Source: Phoronis australis
Lineage: Eukaryota; Animalia; Phoronida
Direction of reading: 5' to 3'
NCBI GenBank assembly: GCA_002633005.1
Contig: NMRA01000187.1
Span: 429,740-493,739, forward strand
DNA: 64,000 bases
Position 1 is the first letter of the stretch. The number at the start of each line of letters is the position of its first letter. The notes beneath the pieces are model-generated. The model made no database searches. It saw nothing but the letters and a program-made list of their open reading frames with translations, and was not told the origin of the DNA. A program made the translations under genes and the position numbers. Below, piece after piece: positions 39,701 to 51,051 of the stretch.

Positions 39701-42700
39701 CTATCGAAACCATTGATCAATGACAGCAATCCAATCAGGCTGAGCGGAGCGCCACCTGCTGGGGGTCTTAAATAATGCAATGATGGGAAAATGTTATTTG
39801 GTTGTGAATGATCAGGCCACCTTACTGAATTCTATATTTTAAAGTTAGCATCTCGACCTTTTCTATGTATGGTTAACTGCCAAGTACTTTGTCCTTTGCC
39901 TCTTTGTGTAGGGTCTTGATGGTGAAGATGTATCAGCCATGAGCATGTTATCTCACTCTGATGCCACTGCTAAACTCACTTCAACTGTCAGGTAACTTTG
40001 TTCTGTTACATAAGTGTGTAGCCACACCATAAGTGACACTTAAGTGTGTAGCCACACCATAAGTGTTAAGTAAGTGTGTAGCCACACCATAAGTGTTAGG
40101 TAAGTGTATAGCCACACCATAAGTTTTAGGTATGTGTATAGCCACACCATAAGTGTTAGGTAAGTGTGTAGCCACACCATAAGTTTTAGGTATGTGTATA
40201 GCCACACCATAAGTGTTAGGTAAGTGTATAGCCACACCATAAGTGTTAGGTAAGTGTGTAGCCACACCATAAGTGTTAGGTAAGTGTGTAGCCACACCAT
40301 AAGTGTTGCGTAAGTGNCTCTTTGTAGGGTCTTGATGGTGAAGATGTATCGGCCATGAGCATGTTATCTCACTCTGATGCCACTGCTAAACTCACTTCAA
40401 CTGTCAGGTAACTTTGTTCTGTTACGTAAGTGTGTAGCCACACCATAAGTGACACTTAAGTGTGTAGCCACACCATAAGTGTTAAGTAAGTGTGTAGCCA
40501 CACCATAAGTGTTAGGTAAGTGTATAGCCACACCATAAGTGTTAGGTAAGTGTATAGCCACACCATAAGTGTTAGGTAAGTGTATAGCCACACCATAAGT
40601 GTTAGGTAAGTGTGTAGCCACACCATAAGTGTTAGGTAAGTGTGTAGCCACACCATAAGTGTTGCGTAAGTGTGTGGCCACGGTGGTAACACACAACAAG
40701 TTGTCTTGGTTCAGCCAATCCTGCCACTGTTATTTTGCTTTCAAAGTTGTTCAGACGATTTTGTTAATTATGCAACTCATTCCTGCTGCACTACTTTTCA
40801 TAGCAGATACTTTTCATCTTTGTCTGTAATTTCAGCTCAGTACTAGGAGTATTATCAAAGTGAGACTTTTAGGTTTTCAAACTGAATAATGTGCGAAACA
40901 AAAAATTAAATTTGTTGTAACCATCTAATGATGCACTGGGTGGTTAAGGGTACGGAGGACCCTATAAAAATTTCATATTTAGACGAACATCGGAACATCA
41001 TATTGCAGAAATGGCTGATCAGATACATATCACACTTTTAGATACTATATACTTTGTGCACTGTTCTCCTATACACTGTCAGGAATTGCTTTGAAATTTT
41101 CCAGTTTTGTATGACAGTTATCAAAAACATAGGACGTCTATGATTTTCATGAAAAATCTCATAATTTGCAGGAAAGGAAAAGAAAATGATAATTTGGAAA
41201 CTGTTTTTTGAGATTTTACCTTGAACATTTATATCAAACGAAATTTGGACATATTATCGACACCGTTGGTTTGCTACATTTCGCTAAAAAGACATGATCA
41301 CATGAAAAGATTAATGGGAAATTGGTGTTAAGCCAAAAATCAAATTCTACTGGCTTTCTAATTTCAGAAAATGTGTACTTTTATGGAGTTAAAATCTTAA
41401 AATTTGTCGATAGTTGGCTAAATATGCAGAAACTTGTTGATAAGGTTCTACATAACCTTGATACCATAATAATTTGCATACGTGACTTTGATTGGTCCAT
41501 TTGTCACCTAGTTCTCTGCCTGAGCTGCTGGAGAAGAAGAGATTGATTGATATGCATACCAACATTGCCACAGCTTTGCTGGAACAGATCAAGTCAAGAA
41601 AGCTGGACCTGTACTTCGAAACTGAAGAGCAAATGATGAGTAAAGCCACTCTGGTGAGTGTTGGGGAAACTAAAACTGGCTCACGGTTTGATTCTAGTCA
41701 TATTATGCCCTCTAGAACATTGCTACCAAATGAGCAGTAGTCGCTTAATACAGGGGTCAAAGATTTTCAGAACCAGTTTGGTGCTCATTATTCATTTGAG
41801 AAAACTGGTTCTCAAAGTGTGGGATCCTACATGCCAAAGTTATTCAGACAAAATGATGCAGACTTTCCGCCCATGATAGCTGGGCATACGCTGAATTCAT
41901 TGTCAGAATGGCTTTCCCTCACCTTCCACAATAAAAGGAGGCTGACAAGAAAGTTAAAAGGTGCCTAAGCCATTCCGTAGCTAGAGTTTTGCCACTATAG
42001 TCATTAGCTGTCAGTTTTGCTCTTATCAGTAATTAGCCTTAATTATGTGGAAACAGAATCTTTTCTAATTACTTTTGTTGTGTACTGTAGCTTGGCTATA
42101 GCAAATGTCCTATTTTTCACATTTTTATGGTTTGTACTATAAGAAGTCCTGTCATTGCAGCAGTACTTGTTGTGTTATTTAATTTAGTCGGGATTTAGCT
42201 ATCTATGGAAGGGTGTATGTGCTCTGTATACAACTGGGATTTTTAACCTATTTTCGTAGGACAAGTCCCTGATGGATGTAATCACTGATCCTGATGGTAA
42301 GACGTTTGCATTTTATTAACAACGAATCAAAACTACTATTAGCGATACTTGTAGAGATTTGGCCGTCTTCACCATTAGTAGATAGCGGGAATGGTAACTT
42401 TGGAATATAGTAAGATACATCATTAGCTGGTCGACTTGTCGAATTTCTTGCCAGAGTCATTCACCGTTAATTCATGTTTCAATTTCTTTTTTGATCTTTG
42501 GTGGTTCACATCTTCATTACAAAAATTAAATTTAAAAAATAATTAAAGACACTTTCTAGCTTTCAAGCCTAATAGGAGCGTCCCTTCATCGGACGACAAA
42601 TGGTGCAAGGTTTCACACCTTTCGTCTTCATACCCGACGAAGGGATGCTCCTATTAGGCTCAACAGCTAGACAGTGTCTTTAATAAAAAATATTTAAAAA

Positions 42701-45700
42701 TTTTATTGGGTTTTAAAATGTTTGTACCAGTTAGTAATCATTTAGGGATGTGGCCACCCATGGGTGCCTACAGGTGCTATTGTTATATTATTAATTAGAT
42801 ACAGTCACTATGAAGAACTTAATAAAAGATTATCCACTCCTTATCTAGAAAGGAAACTAAGGCTAGAACCAGGATTTGTATTCCCAACCTTCTGCTTTAA
42901 GTGACTAGACCATAGCTGACCACCATAACTTTAAAAACAAAGTACTTATGATGATAGCATTTGTCCCGGTTTGTACAGGGTTCAACATCAGTTATATATT
43001 GACTTACTGTCCCCAGCTGGTTCAGCCGAAGACAAGCTCCGCCTCTTCATCATAGCACTGGTGTGTGGTCCCAGCATGACGGACGCCGAGGTCGACCAAT
43101 ACTGCGCAGCCCTCACAGAGGTCGGATGTCAAATGGAGGCCATTGCGTACATTAAACGATGGAAGTTAGTATATACGTGGAAATATTTGGATTCATGTTA
43201 TACACTGTATTTTGTCTTTTCTGTTGCACTTTGGATAGTAGTAATTGTTTTTAAGGTGAGAATCTTACTGGATATCAGGTGAAAGAGAAAGGTCTATTCA
43301 GGACTGAGAATTTTCAGTCCTGGCAGATTTTGACCAATTTTACCCGAGATTGTCACCCACTGTGTTTAAATGGCTCGTTTTTGTACTGAGTGATTTTTTA
43401 GTTCTTGCATCGATAGGACATAAAAAATCAATTTTATGACCATGTGTATCTGAAGCAGTATATTTTGTTAGACTTAACGGAGTGTATATTTATGATAGAA
43501 CCTATGCCAAAGTGATCGCAGCGCCCTCCCAGTACGGTGGTGGCGGTACAAAAACCATCAGCATGTTCTCCAAGTTAATGTCGCAGGCCTCGCAGTTCGC
43601 CATGGAGGGAGTCAAGAACCTGGTTGTCAAAAAACATGTAAGTGTTCGTAACAGCTGTTGTGCTCTGTTCAGAATGTTTTATTGTCAACTGATGAGCCAC
43701 ATGTACGGTAATTGTGCTGTAGTTGAGAAGCTGTTTTGGTTTCCTTGGTAACGACTACATCGTCTTCTGTTGCATGCTCTTAATTACTACAGTCACTTGC
43801 AAAGATTGACTCCAAAATAAACACAGGTTTTCAGTTGTACTTTTGCTTTTCAAACAATTGTCTCTCTAGCTGCATGTGTATATTAGGAATTTTCGCAAAT
43901 ACCCCCCTCCCAATATAGGGCATTGGGCCCCAATTTAAAGTTTCTATTATTTGTAGGGTTTCTGAAAATGAACAGTGCCAGCTTGTGCCAAACAAAAAGA
44001 ATGCTTTACAAGATACATGACAGTGTATTTCAGCATGAGCTTAGCTAGAAAAAAATCAGCTAATGGTACCATTTGTACCATAAACTCTAGTCTGAACTAC
44101 TCGTATTGGTCTTCATTTCATGTCGATGGCGTTGGCACATTTCTCCTGTATAGACCCTTGATTCCGAAAGTATGTCCACGCTTATAATGTAGGATACAAG
44201 CCAAAAATATTCAGACAAAATGACCCGGAATTCCCCTTTATGATTGGCTGTGTAGAAGCTGAATACATCGCACGAGGGGGAATTGACCTATTGCCAGGAT
44301 TTTGAATGACGGCTTAACTGACCAATCAGAACGCAGCATTCTTGACATGCCTTCGTTTTCAAGCCACCATTTTGCCCAACAAACAACAGGTTTTTAGTAA
44401 AACTTATTGTGTGCTTGTCAACTTTTCGCAAGGGGTGATGCTTGCAATAGGTCAATACACAATCAAACTAGTAAGCGTCTAAACCATTCTGTAGATAGAA
44501 TTTTGCGATACTGATAGTTATTACCAGTAATTTTTGTTTACAGAATTTGACACTATGACGGGTAAACAGTATTTTGTCTGATTACTTTTGTCTTGCACTG
44601 TAGTTGATTACTTTTGTCTTGCACTGTACTAGAAAGGTAGAAATACGCCATTTTATAAATAAGCTTACTATCACAAATTCCTGGTTGTGTTATTTTCCTC
44701 TTCTGTACAAAACAAGGTGTCTGTGAGCCAAAGGAATCATTTTCTGATGTTGCATTTTTCAGAAACTTCCTGTGACAAGGATAGTAGACTCACTAATGGA
44801 GCTGAGGTCCCTCCCAGAGACTGATGAATACAGATATTTTGACCCTAAAATGTTAAGAGCTGACAGGTAAATGATTGTTGATTACTTACATGTCAGATGA
44901 AGTCCTTATTTTCATTTTTTCCATCCCAAGTAATGGAAACATGACTAGAGACGAGGGAGTTTGTAAGATCAGCCCTGTCCATAGCAGTCTGACTACAGTG
45001 ATTCATAAAACACACTGATGAAGATACCAACATAGATCTGCTGCCTAAAACTTCTAAGGTATTTTAATCATGCGCGCACCCTGCCTTCAATATGGGGGCT
45101 CGAAGTTATGACAAAGTGGACCTTATGCTAACAAAAAACCGGTAGGGCTAAAAAAATAGGGTACCACCTTCAGGTCTGTGAACTGTGCGTCTGCACCTCT
45201 TTTTAGACTTTTCGTTTCTCTGAGGCAGACCTTTTTACCCACTTCGCCAAAAGTGGGGGGCTCGTTTGAACCCTCCGAGCTCCCCCTGGGTGCGCGCATG
45301 TTAGTGGAATTATGGAGATGGAGTTAGTTATGAATTAGTACCTTCCTGTTGATCTACTTCCTCAAGTAATGGATAGTTCCAGTATAAATTTTTGATATCT
45401 GGCCATACATAACTATAGACGTCTTGATCAGTTGCTGTGTATTGTATATGGCTGCACTATACATGGGCGGCACAGCACTGAAAAAAGGGGTGGCTATAGC
45501 CTCCCTAGCCCCCTCTGGTGTGCCGCCCATACTGTACCTGATTACGCAGTCTTAAACTCCGCTACGTATACAGCCGTAGTAATTCAGTTACGAGTTTCCC
45601 AACTGAGCAAGGAAGTGTGACAACGTGGCCTTCTCGTTTCATTTCCTCGCATACGGTTCATACTGTTACTGTTAGAAAGTCTGCGCGAGGTCTTGCAAAT

Positions 45701-46522
45701 CTCAAAGCTCAGATGGGTTGCTGCTGAGTAATGACAGGTCTGAGCCACGATGTCAATAGAGTGGCATACATGTATGTTGGAATGTGTGGCGGATGGAGGT
45801 GTCGACAGTCGGGGTAGACTTTGAAAGTTTCTGAAGAAATTTCTGATATATTTGGATGGTTATGATGAGACACTGATTCATGGTTTCTCAGTCAGCTGAT
45901 TCTTCCCAATACACACATCAACTCTGTTTGCTTGCAGTTCATAGTCACTGTTGAAGACGGTGTTGGCATTTGTTAAACAGGTCATGTGTTGTAATAAGTT
46001 GTGTAATACACATCGTATGCTCACACTTCAGCTCGATCCCTCGATCAAGGTCAGCATTCCAAGAATCCATTGTGTTTATAGTGGGTGGAGGCAACTACAT
46101 AGAGTATCAGAACCTTCTTGATTACGCAAAGGTGAGAGCTTACTTAACGACATGGTGTGTACGTGTGCAGTGAATCAGTTGTTATGTGGATGAACACGAG
46201 TCTGTCTAAATTTGTCTAAGTTAAAACCGTATCGAACATGTTTTGGAGGCTGTAACACCTGCTACTTCAAACTTAGATGAAAAAGTTAAGGCTGTCAAAG
46301 TATCGTTTGTGAGTTGTAATCTGACAGGTCCCTCACTCACCTGAGGGGAAGGTGCCTGTGCCTTTTGATAGTCCGCATGCAACAAAAGAGTGTCTCTTAC
46401 TATCACAATTTAATATCTTTTGGCTTTAGGACACCAAGAAAATTGTTTACGGATGCAGTGAACTTTTGAACGCTTCCCAGTTGTTGAGACAACTCTCTCA
46501 ACTTGGAGAGGAGATGCGCTAA
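30784..46522 (+). CDS. SCFD1: Sec1 family domain-containing protein 1 (Sly1, SM protein; ~632 aa, 19 coding exons)
   Basis: Exons 30784-30814, 32206-32276, 32637-32725, 33527-33617, 34039-34161, 35852-35939, 36660-36749, 37308-37452, 38132-38231, 38877-39013, 39486-39576, 39912-39991 (or its copy 40328-40407), 41512-41653, 42260-42296, 43017-43164, 43499-43637, 44763-44866, 46032-46131, 46430-46522 sum to 1899 nt in frame. Sly1 motifs: [93 protein letters not shown]. Confidence 0.97.
31600..31900 (-). mobile_element. Probable tRNA-derived SINE remnant
   Basis: Minus strand reads tgaccaatcagtttgaatgctagac...ggttcaattcctggc (A-box-like and B-box-like motifs) followed by a non-tRNA body; boundaries approximate. 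Confidence 0.4.
34202..34630. mobile_element. MITE family B copy (TIR ~tttcgccttgtttagctggctaaaaac)
   Basis: atttcgccctatttagctggcta ... tttttagccagctaac; related to 56158-56436 and 58783-59005. Confidence 0.6.
36251..36292. repeat. GC-rich hairpin, 13-bp perfect stem
   Basis: agaccgccccgag-16 nt-ctcggggcggtct; probably a short palindromic MITE remnant. Confidence 0.7.
38395..38551. mobile_element. Short degenerate MITE
   Basis: Imperfect inverted ends caggacccggttgcgtaaaa / tttttatgtaaccaggctctg. Confidence 0.45.
39384..39502 (+). repeat. 59-bp tandem duplication spanning the SCFD1 exon 11 acceptor
   Basis: actcatcrggtcacyrgtacttttcttt..cccttagc.cyttcccagaggttg occurs twice; AG at 39425-39426 and 39484-39485. 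Confidence 0.85.
40011..40316. repeat. 30-bp minisatellite, ~10 units
   Basis: Unit gccacaccataagtgttaggtaagtgtgta. Confidence 0.97.
40328..40407 (+). other. Second copy of SCFD1 exon 12 (likely an uncollapsed haplotype/contig overlap)
   Basis: 80-nt copy of 39912-39991 with one synonymous change (TCA/TCG), starting just after an 'n' at 40317. Confidence 0.85.
40427..40680. repeat. 30-bp minisatellite, ~8 units (second copy of the array)
   Basis: Same unit and same first two variant units as 40011-40316. Confidence 0.97.
42542..42684. repeat. Inverted repeat, 51-bp arms (6 mismatches) with a partly self-complementary spacer
   Basis: Arms 42542-42592 and 42634-42684. Confidence 0.9.
44282..44456. 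mobile_element. Short MITE
   Basis: Inverted ends attgacctattgccag / cttgcaataggtcaat. Confidence 0.55.
45069..45300. mobile_element. MITE family A copy 2 (opposite orientation to copy 1)
   Basis: catgcgcgcaccc...ctgggtgcgcgcatg; flanks ttaat/ttagt (4/5 match). Confidence 0.85.
45462..45531. mobile_element. 70-bp mini-MITE with CATG-type terminus
   Basis: catgggcggcaca...tgtgccgcccata; flanks ctata/ctgta. Confidence 0.55.
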
Positions 46523-49500
46523 CAGGTGGCGCTGCTGACAGGGTGCTTGGAGATTGGGTTGTGGTTGTATTATATGGAGTACTTCGTTCCTGATCACCAA
46601 ATACATGAACATGAAATGTATTTATTGTATTTTGAATTTTATTGTAAATATAAAAATTACACAATATATCTCATGATTGTTTTATATTTGAATGGTGAAC
46701 TTCTGAGTTTCTGTCAGGAAAACACAAACGTGTTTTTAACTGCTTTAAAGTGTCAGGTAATTTACAGATGTGTTCAATATTTGAAGCATTTTTCTCAATG
46801 TTTGGCCATAGTTGTGTTAAGAAGTTAAGAATTGGTGCATTAAGAAGAAATTTATTATAAGTTTCGCTTTATTGGCTATAAAGAGTCTTCAAGTAAAAGT
46901 TCTAGTGTTCAGGTGGAAAGTTTTTTGAATCACGAGCACAGGAGATTACAAACAAATGGTTACCATAGCTACAGGGTGAAAGAGATCTGGTCGTAGGTGA
47001 ATAGTCAGGCCGATGATCTTTTATTGTTAGAGATTCTGTAATGAATCGTAACATAATCAACAGAGTGACCAGTCTTTGAACAATGTCTGAACACATTACT
47101 TCTGACTGAGGTGTGATGTTTTTCCGCGTGATTACTAAGTTCCCTTCCGGTAAGATCAATATTAAAGGCATCACAAGTATTACAGTCAATATGGTAAACA
47201 ACCTGAGTGATAGTTACATAGGTGGCTCACCGTTATCACTATCACACAGCAGTAGGTGAATTCAACTCTGATTTGTAGTTAGTAGTCAAATTGGCACACA
47301 GAAACAAGTTCACATGGTCTTATCTAATGGCATACAGACACAAGTTCACATGGCCTTAACTAATTTTATTCGCCTGCCATGCTTTCTTTAAGGCTGCGTT
47401 CCTTGTGCACACAATTACCAAAATGTTCTGCGTCACTTTCACCGAATTTATACCTACAACTCATAATTTCAACAGCACTTTTTGTTCACCCCATAACATT
47501 TACTTCTTTTACATAAACCCCAGGCGCAAGTATTTGATCTGTTGAAGGATGTACTTTCGGCGCTGGAGCAGATATCAGTTTTCCAAGGAATGCTGCTCTG
47601 GGGTGGATAGTTGCCTTAGTCTTGATTACTTTTGTCATGCAATAATGGTAGTTATGCCTCCACTTACGTGATGATGACGAAACGTCAAACAGTACCTAAG
47701 AAACAAAAGAAGTCTTTCCATAACTAACCCAATATGAGTAATTGAGTTGCTCCTATTGATGAAGCCAATCCTGTCGATGGTTTGGGGTCGTGTTCCAGTG
47801 CAGGTGATATTGTAGTCACCTGAGTAAGGTCATAGGGCTAATTATAGTTTGTCGCCCTAATGATAATTGTTGTATAGTGTAGTGGAAATTGACTTGGTCG
47901 TCTCCAATTGCGTTTCTCTTTTCGCTGGGGGAACGGCGATAGTCAACGTCTTCAATTTCCCTCCCCATAGATCCTTCCCAATTGCTGATAAGAGACCTTG
48001 TGGATGTAATGATCCCAGATTGTAACCAATGCTTCCTCTAATTATTCTTCGTTAATTTTATGCTCACGTGAGACTTGGTATCGTAACTCTATGAGGTCAA
48101 TCGCTCCTGCATAGCTTTAAAGGTATATTAAAGCCTAGCTTCAATGGAATTTTGTTATTTTAGATGTATTGGGCTAAGCAGGTAGTCCTAGCAAAATTTA
48201 TTGTGTTAGATCTCTCACACCTCTAATATGGTCACCGCTAGGTTATCATGACAACTTTATAAGTTGCAGCGACAGTGGCAATGAAATGCCGTAGTATCAT
48301 TAGTTATAGAGATGATATTGGTGTCGTGATCATTATAATAGTTCTTTATGGCATATCTATCGGACTTTCTCGAACTTGACGATATTATACGAGAAACACA
48401 TCTTTCTATGTGAGCCCCTCATTTCGTACAAATTCGTTTTTTTTTTCGAAAAATATATTGTTCATGAGGAATTTCTTCACAAAGCTATTCCCGAAATTTG
48501 AGTTTCCTCAAAAACTATAACGTAACACCGAAAGTAACATACAGACGTTTTTGTTTTTCCGCTAGAATTAGTTGTGTTTCTAATTAAGTTGTTGACACAT
48601 CCCGCTCTTCTCTCGGGCTTGTCATATCTGTCTCCTATTTTTGTTTATAGTTTATGTCCATTAGTCTTGTCTTCAGTACTTAGCAGCGGTGGTAAAAACC
48701 GTAACTTTCGGAAATTGCAACAAAGTAAACACTGTGCAAAACGAGGGATTTATGACATATGTACCAATTTGACCTGGAATACCGCGAAACCATTCGTGCG
48801 TCCCATACATATTCCCCGCCATTATATATGATCATCATCCTTCTCCTGGTTTGTTCATTATGGACGTCTGATCAAAACCAGTCTTACCTATTCCGAGAAA
48901 CGGAAGCGATTTAATTGGAATACTTCCAAAGTAGTAATTATGTCAAAAACTCCGGTTGATTTTTCTATGAATCGCGTACACCCCTATTGAGATGTGCAGA
49001 CAGTAGTGTTTCTAGACAAAGATCATAGGTTAATTACCGAAACCACAGTCCGGCCACAAGTTTCACTCATATTCATCCGATCCATTAAACAATCTCCAGG
49101 CTTTTATTTGTTGTTTTTCATTGTCCCACTGCTCGATCAATTTCGTTAGTAGGTTCTTTAGCACGGCGCTGGTCTAACCCTGCGGTCAGATTATGTCTAT
49201 GATACGGTAGTCATTTTATGAGGAAAAAACAGTCGGTGCCAGCTAGCGTGACGTGTACTCCGCACTTAACGCTTCACGAGCTGTGTCTAGAGTTCACATC
49301 AGTGCAAAAACTACAATCCAAAGTTCGAGTTATGGTTAATAATAAACACTTTTTGTGAACACAGGATCAGTCAGTCGGGCTATAAAACTGAATTAAATAA
49401 ATTACCGTGGTAACGTCGTGTTAACAAACTGCATATTTTCAGTTTGACCGCGTAGGTCAAAGCTTCCATGTTGTTTCGTGGACTTAAAAGTCATAACATT

Positions 49501-50845
49501 TTCTTTCAACCTTCCATTGTTCATTGTTGAAATTCGCAATATTCCATTTTCTCAGACGTAGGCTTGCGACGTTTTCGCTATTATTTCAGATGCAGGGTGT
49601 GTTGTTATTGAACAACCAAGTGTGCGCGGACTCTAAGAAAATCAAAAATTGTGACGGTGTATTTCTGGAATCGAACAGTAGTTAGAAAGAAAAGGCAAAA
49701 GTTCACCGTCGTGTGTGTTTAGTATATTACTAGCTGTTGCTTAAAAATTCATGCGGAACGGTGACGTAGACTGTACCGTGTGCGGCATTTTAGATATTCT
49801 ACTCTCGGCGGGAGTTCAAAATACTCTGGTCCTCGGTGAAGTGAGGACCAACCGTTTTGAAAACATTTACTAGTTTATCGAAATTAATTTTTTAAAATTT
49901 TTTCTCGGGAAACCGCGAACATAAAATTACTTTTTCAGAACGATTGGTTTTTGATTAGATTAAAATATTTATTTGTATTAATAATGTTTTTGTTGCGTCA
50001 CGTTTATCCTACATGTTTGCTTTATTTATAACTTTAGGGTCAGTCTAAACAAAGGTGGCCCTGGTAATGTCACTTCGTAAGTCATTTCAGTCGATCAAAT
50101 TACTCACTGCTCGCTTCGTGGTCGAGCCCGCTCTCAATCAAATCATAAGTCAAAAAGTGACTATCACTTCTCTGTCCACACCTCTGGTTTCTTTGCTTTA
50201 CCACCCACGTGTACATCTAAGCCCTCTTGACAAAGCACTTCACGTTTTGACCCGCCAAAGCCACACTCGATAAGCAAAACCGTAGAAAAAGTATAAACTA
50301 AAAAGTGACACTGCTGAATAAGCTGTTTTAAGCCACGTTTTAAAAGTAAGTGCATTTTGAGTGTGCAAAGCGAGTGCAAATTGTCGAAATGTCCGAGTAA
50401 AAATGAATGACGGTTTTCAATAATAATCTAAACTGCTTGCTTTCTCACTCGCGGTTCATGGAACAGCACCCTGGCTAGTGGAACTGCAGGGCACTGGATC
50501 AAAGCTGGATGTGAACTACAAATCTTTCCCATTCCGATCGTACACTATGTTTTGTGTTCGCATATTTTCATTTTCCCCGTGAAAATTTTGCTCGATACTC
50601 ATGGTCTCCTATTTGTTTCGGAACACAGTTTACCCGTTTACAAACCATGATGGCGCTCCTCTCTGAATCCCAGCTGTCACGCGAATATGACTGTTTATCG
50701 TTACACTGTCATATATAACCACGGATCTTCCGAATTTCCCGCCGAATCATTGTTTTTAGAGACTATTGTTTGTGGATCGTTGCTTTAGTCTCACAAAGCA
50801 GCTCGAGGGATACGGTGTACGGCCGATTGCCAGTGATCTGACGAT

Positions 50846-51051
50846 AGTCCGCCTGAGTGAAAAAAAGTCCGAGTAAACGACACAAAAGTCCACAAAGGAC
50901 ACAGGAAATCGGTGCAGATGCACAATTCGTAGGCCTGAACCTAGTGGCTCCGTTTTTTCTTTTTTTTTAGTCCTCGTTGATTTTGATCAGTAAATGGTAC
51001 CCATATCGAGAAATTCGAGCCCCCTATATTTTTAAGCTGGGTGCGCGCATG
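50846..51051. mobile_element. MITE family A copy 3 (one end truncated)
   Basis: Internal sequence shared with 57587 and 59544; only the right TIR ctgggtgcgcgcatg is present. Confidence 0.8.

Noticed and set aside
39981-40699. Repetitive ORFs ([10 protein letters not shown])n and ([10 protein letters not shown])n; superficial CRISPR-like periodicity
   Set aside because: These are translations of a 30-bp minisatellite antisense to an SCFD1 intron; there are no unique spacers and no cas genes in this eukaryotic context.
47476-47820. Minus-strand Cys-rich frame (…DICSSAES…TCAWGLCKRSKCYGVNKKCC*) resembling a secreted peptide
   Set aside because: Preceded by an in-frame stop; nearby splice sites give incompatible phases or ~33-nt introns; no signal-peptide exon found.
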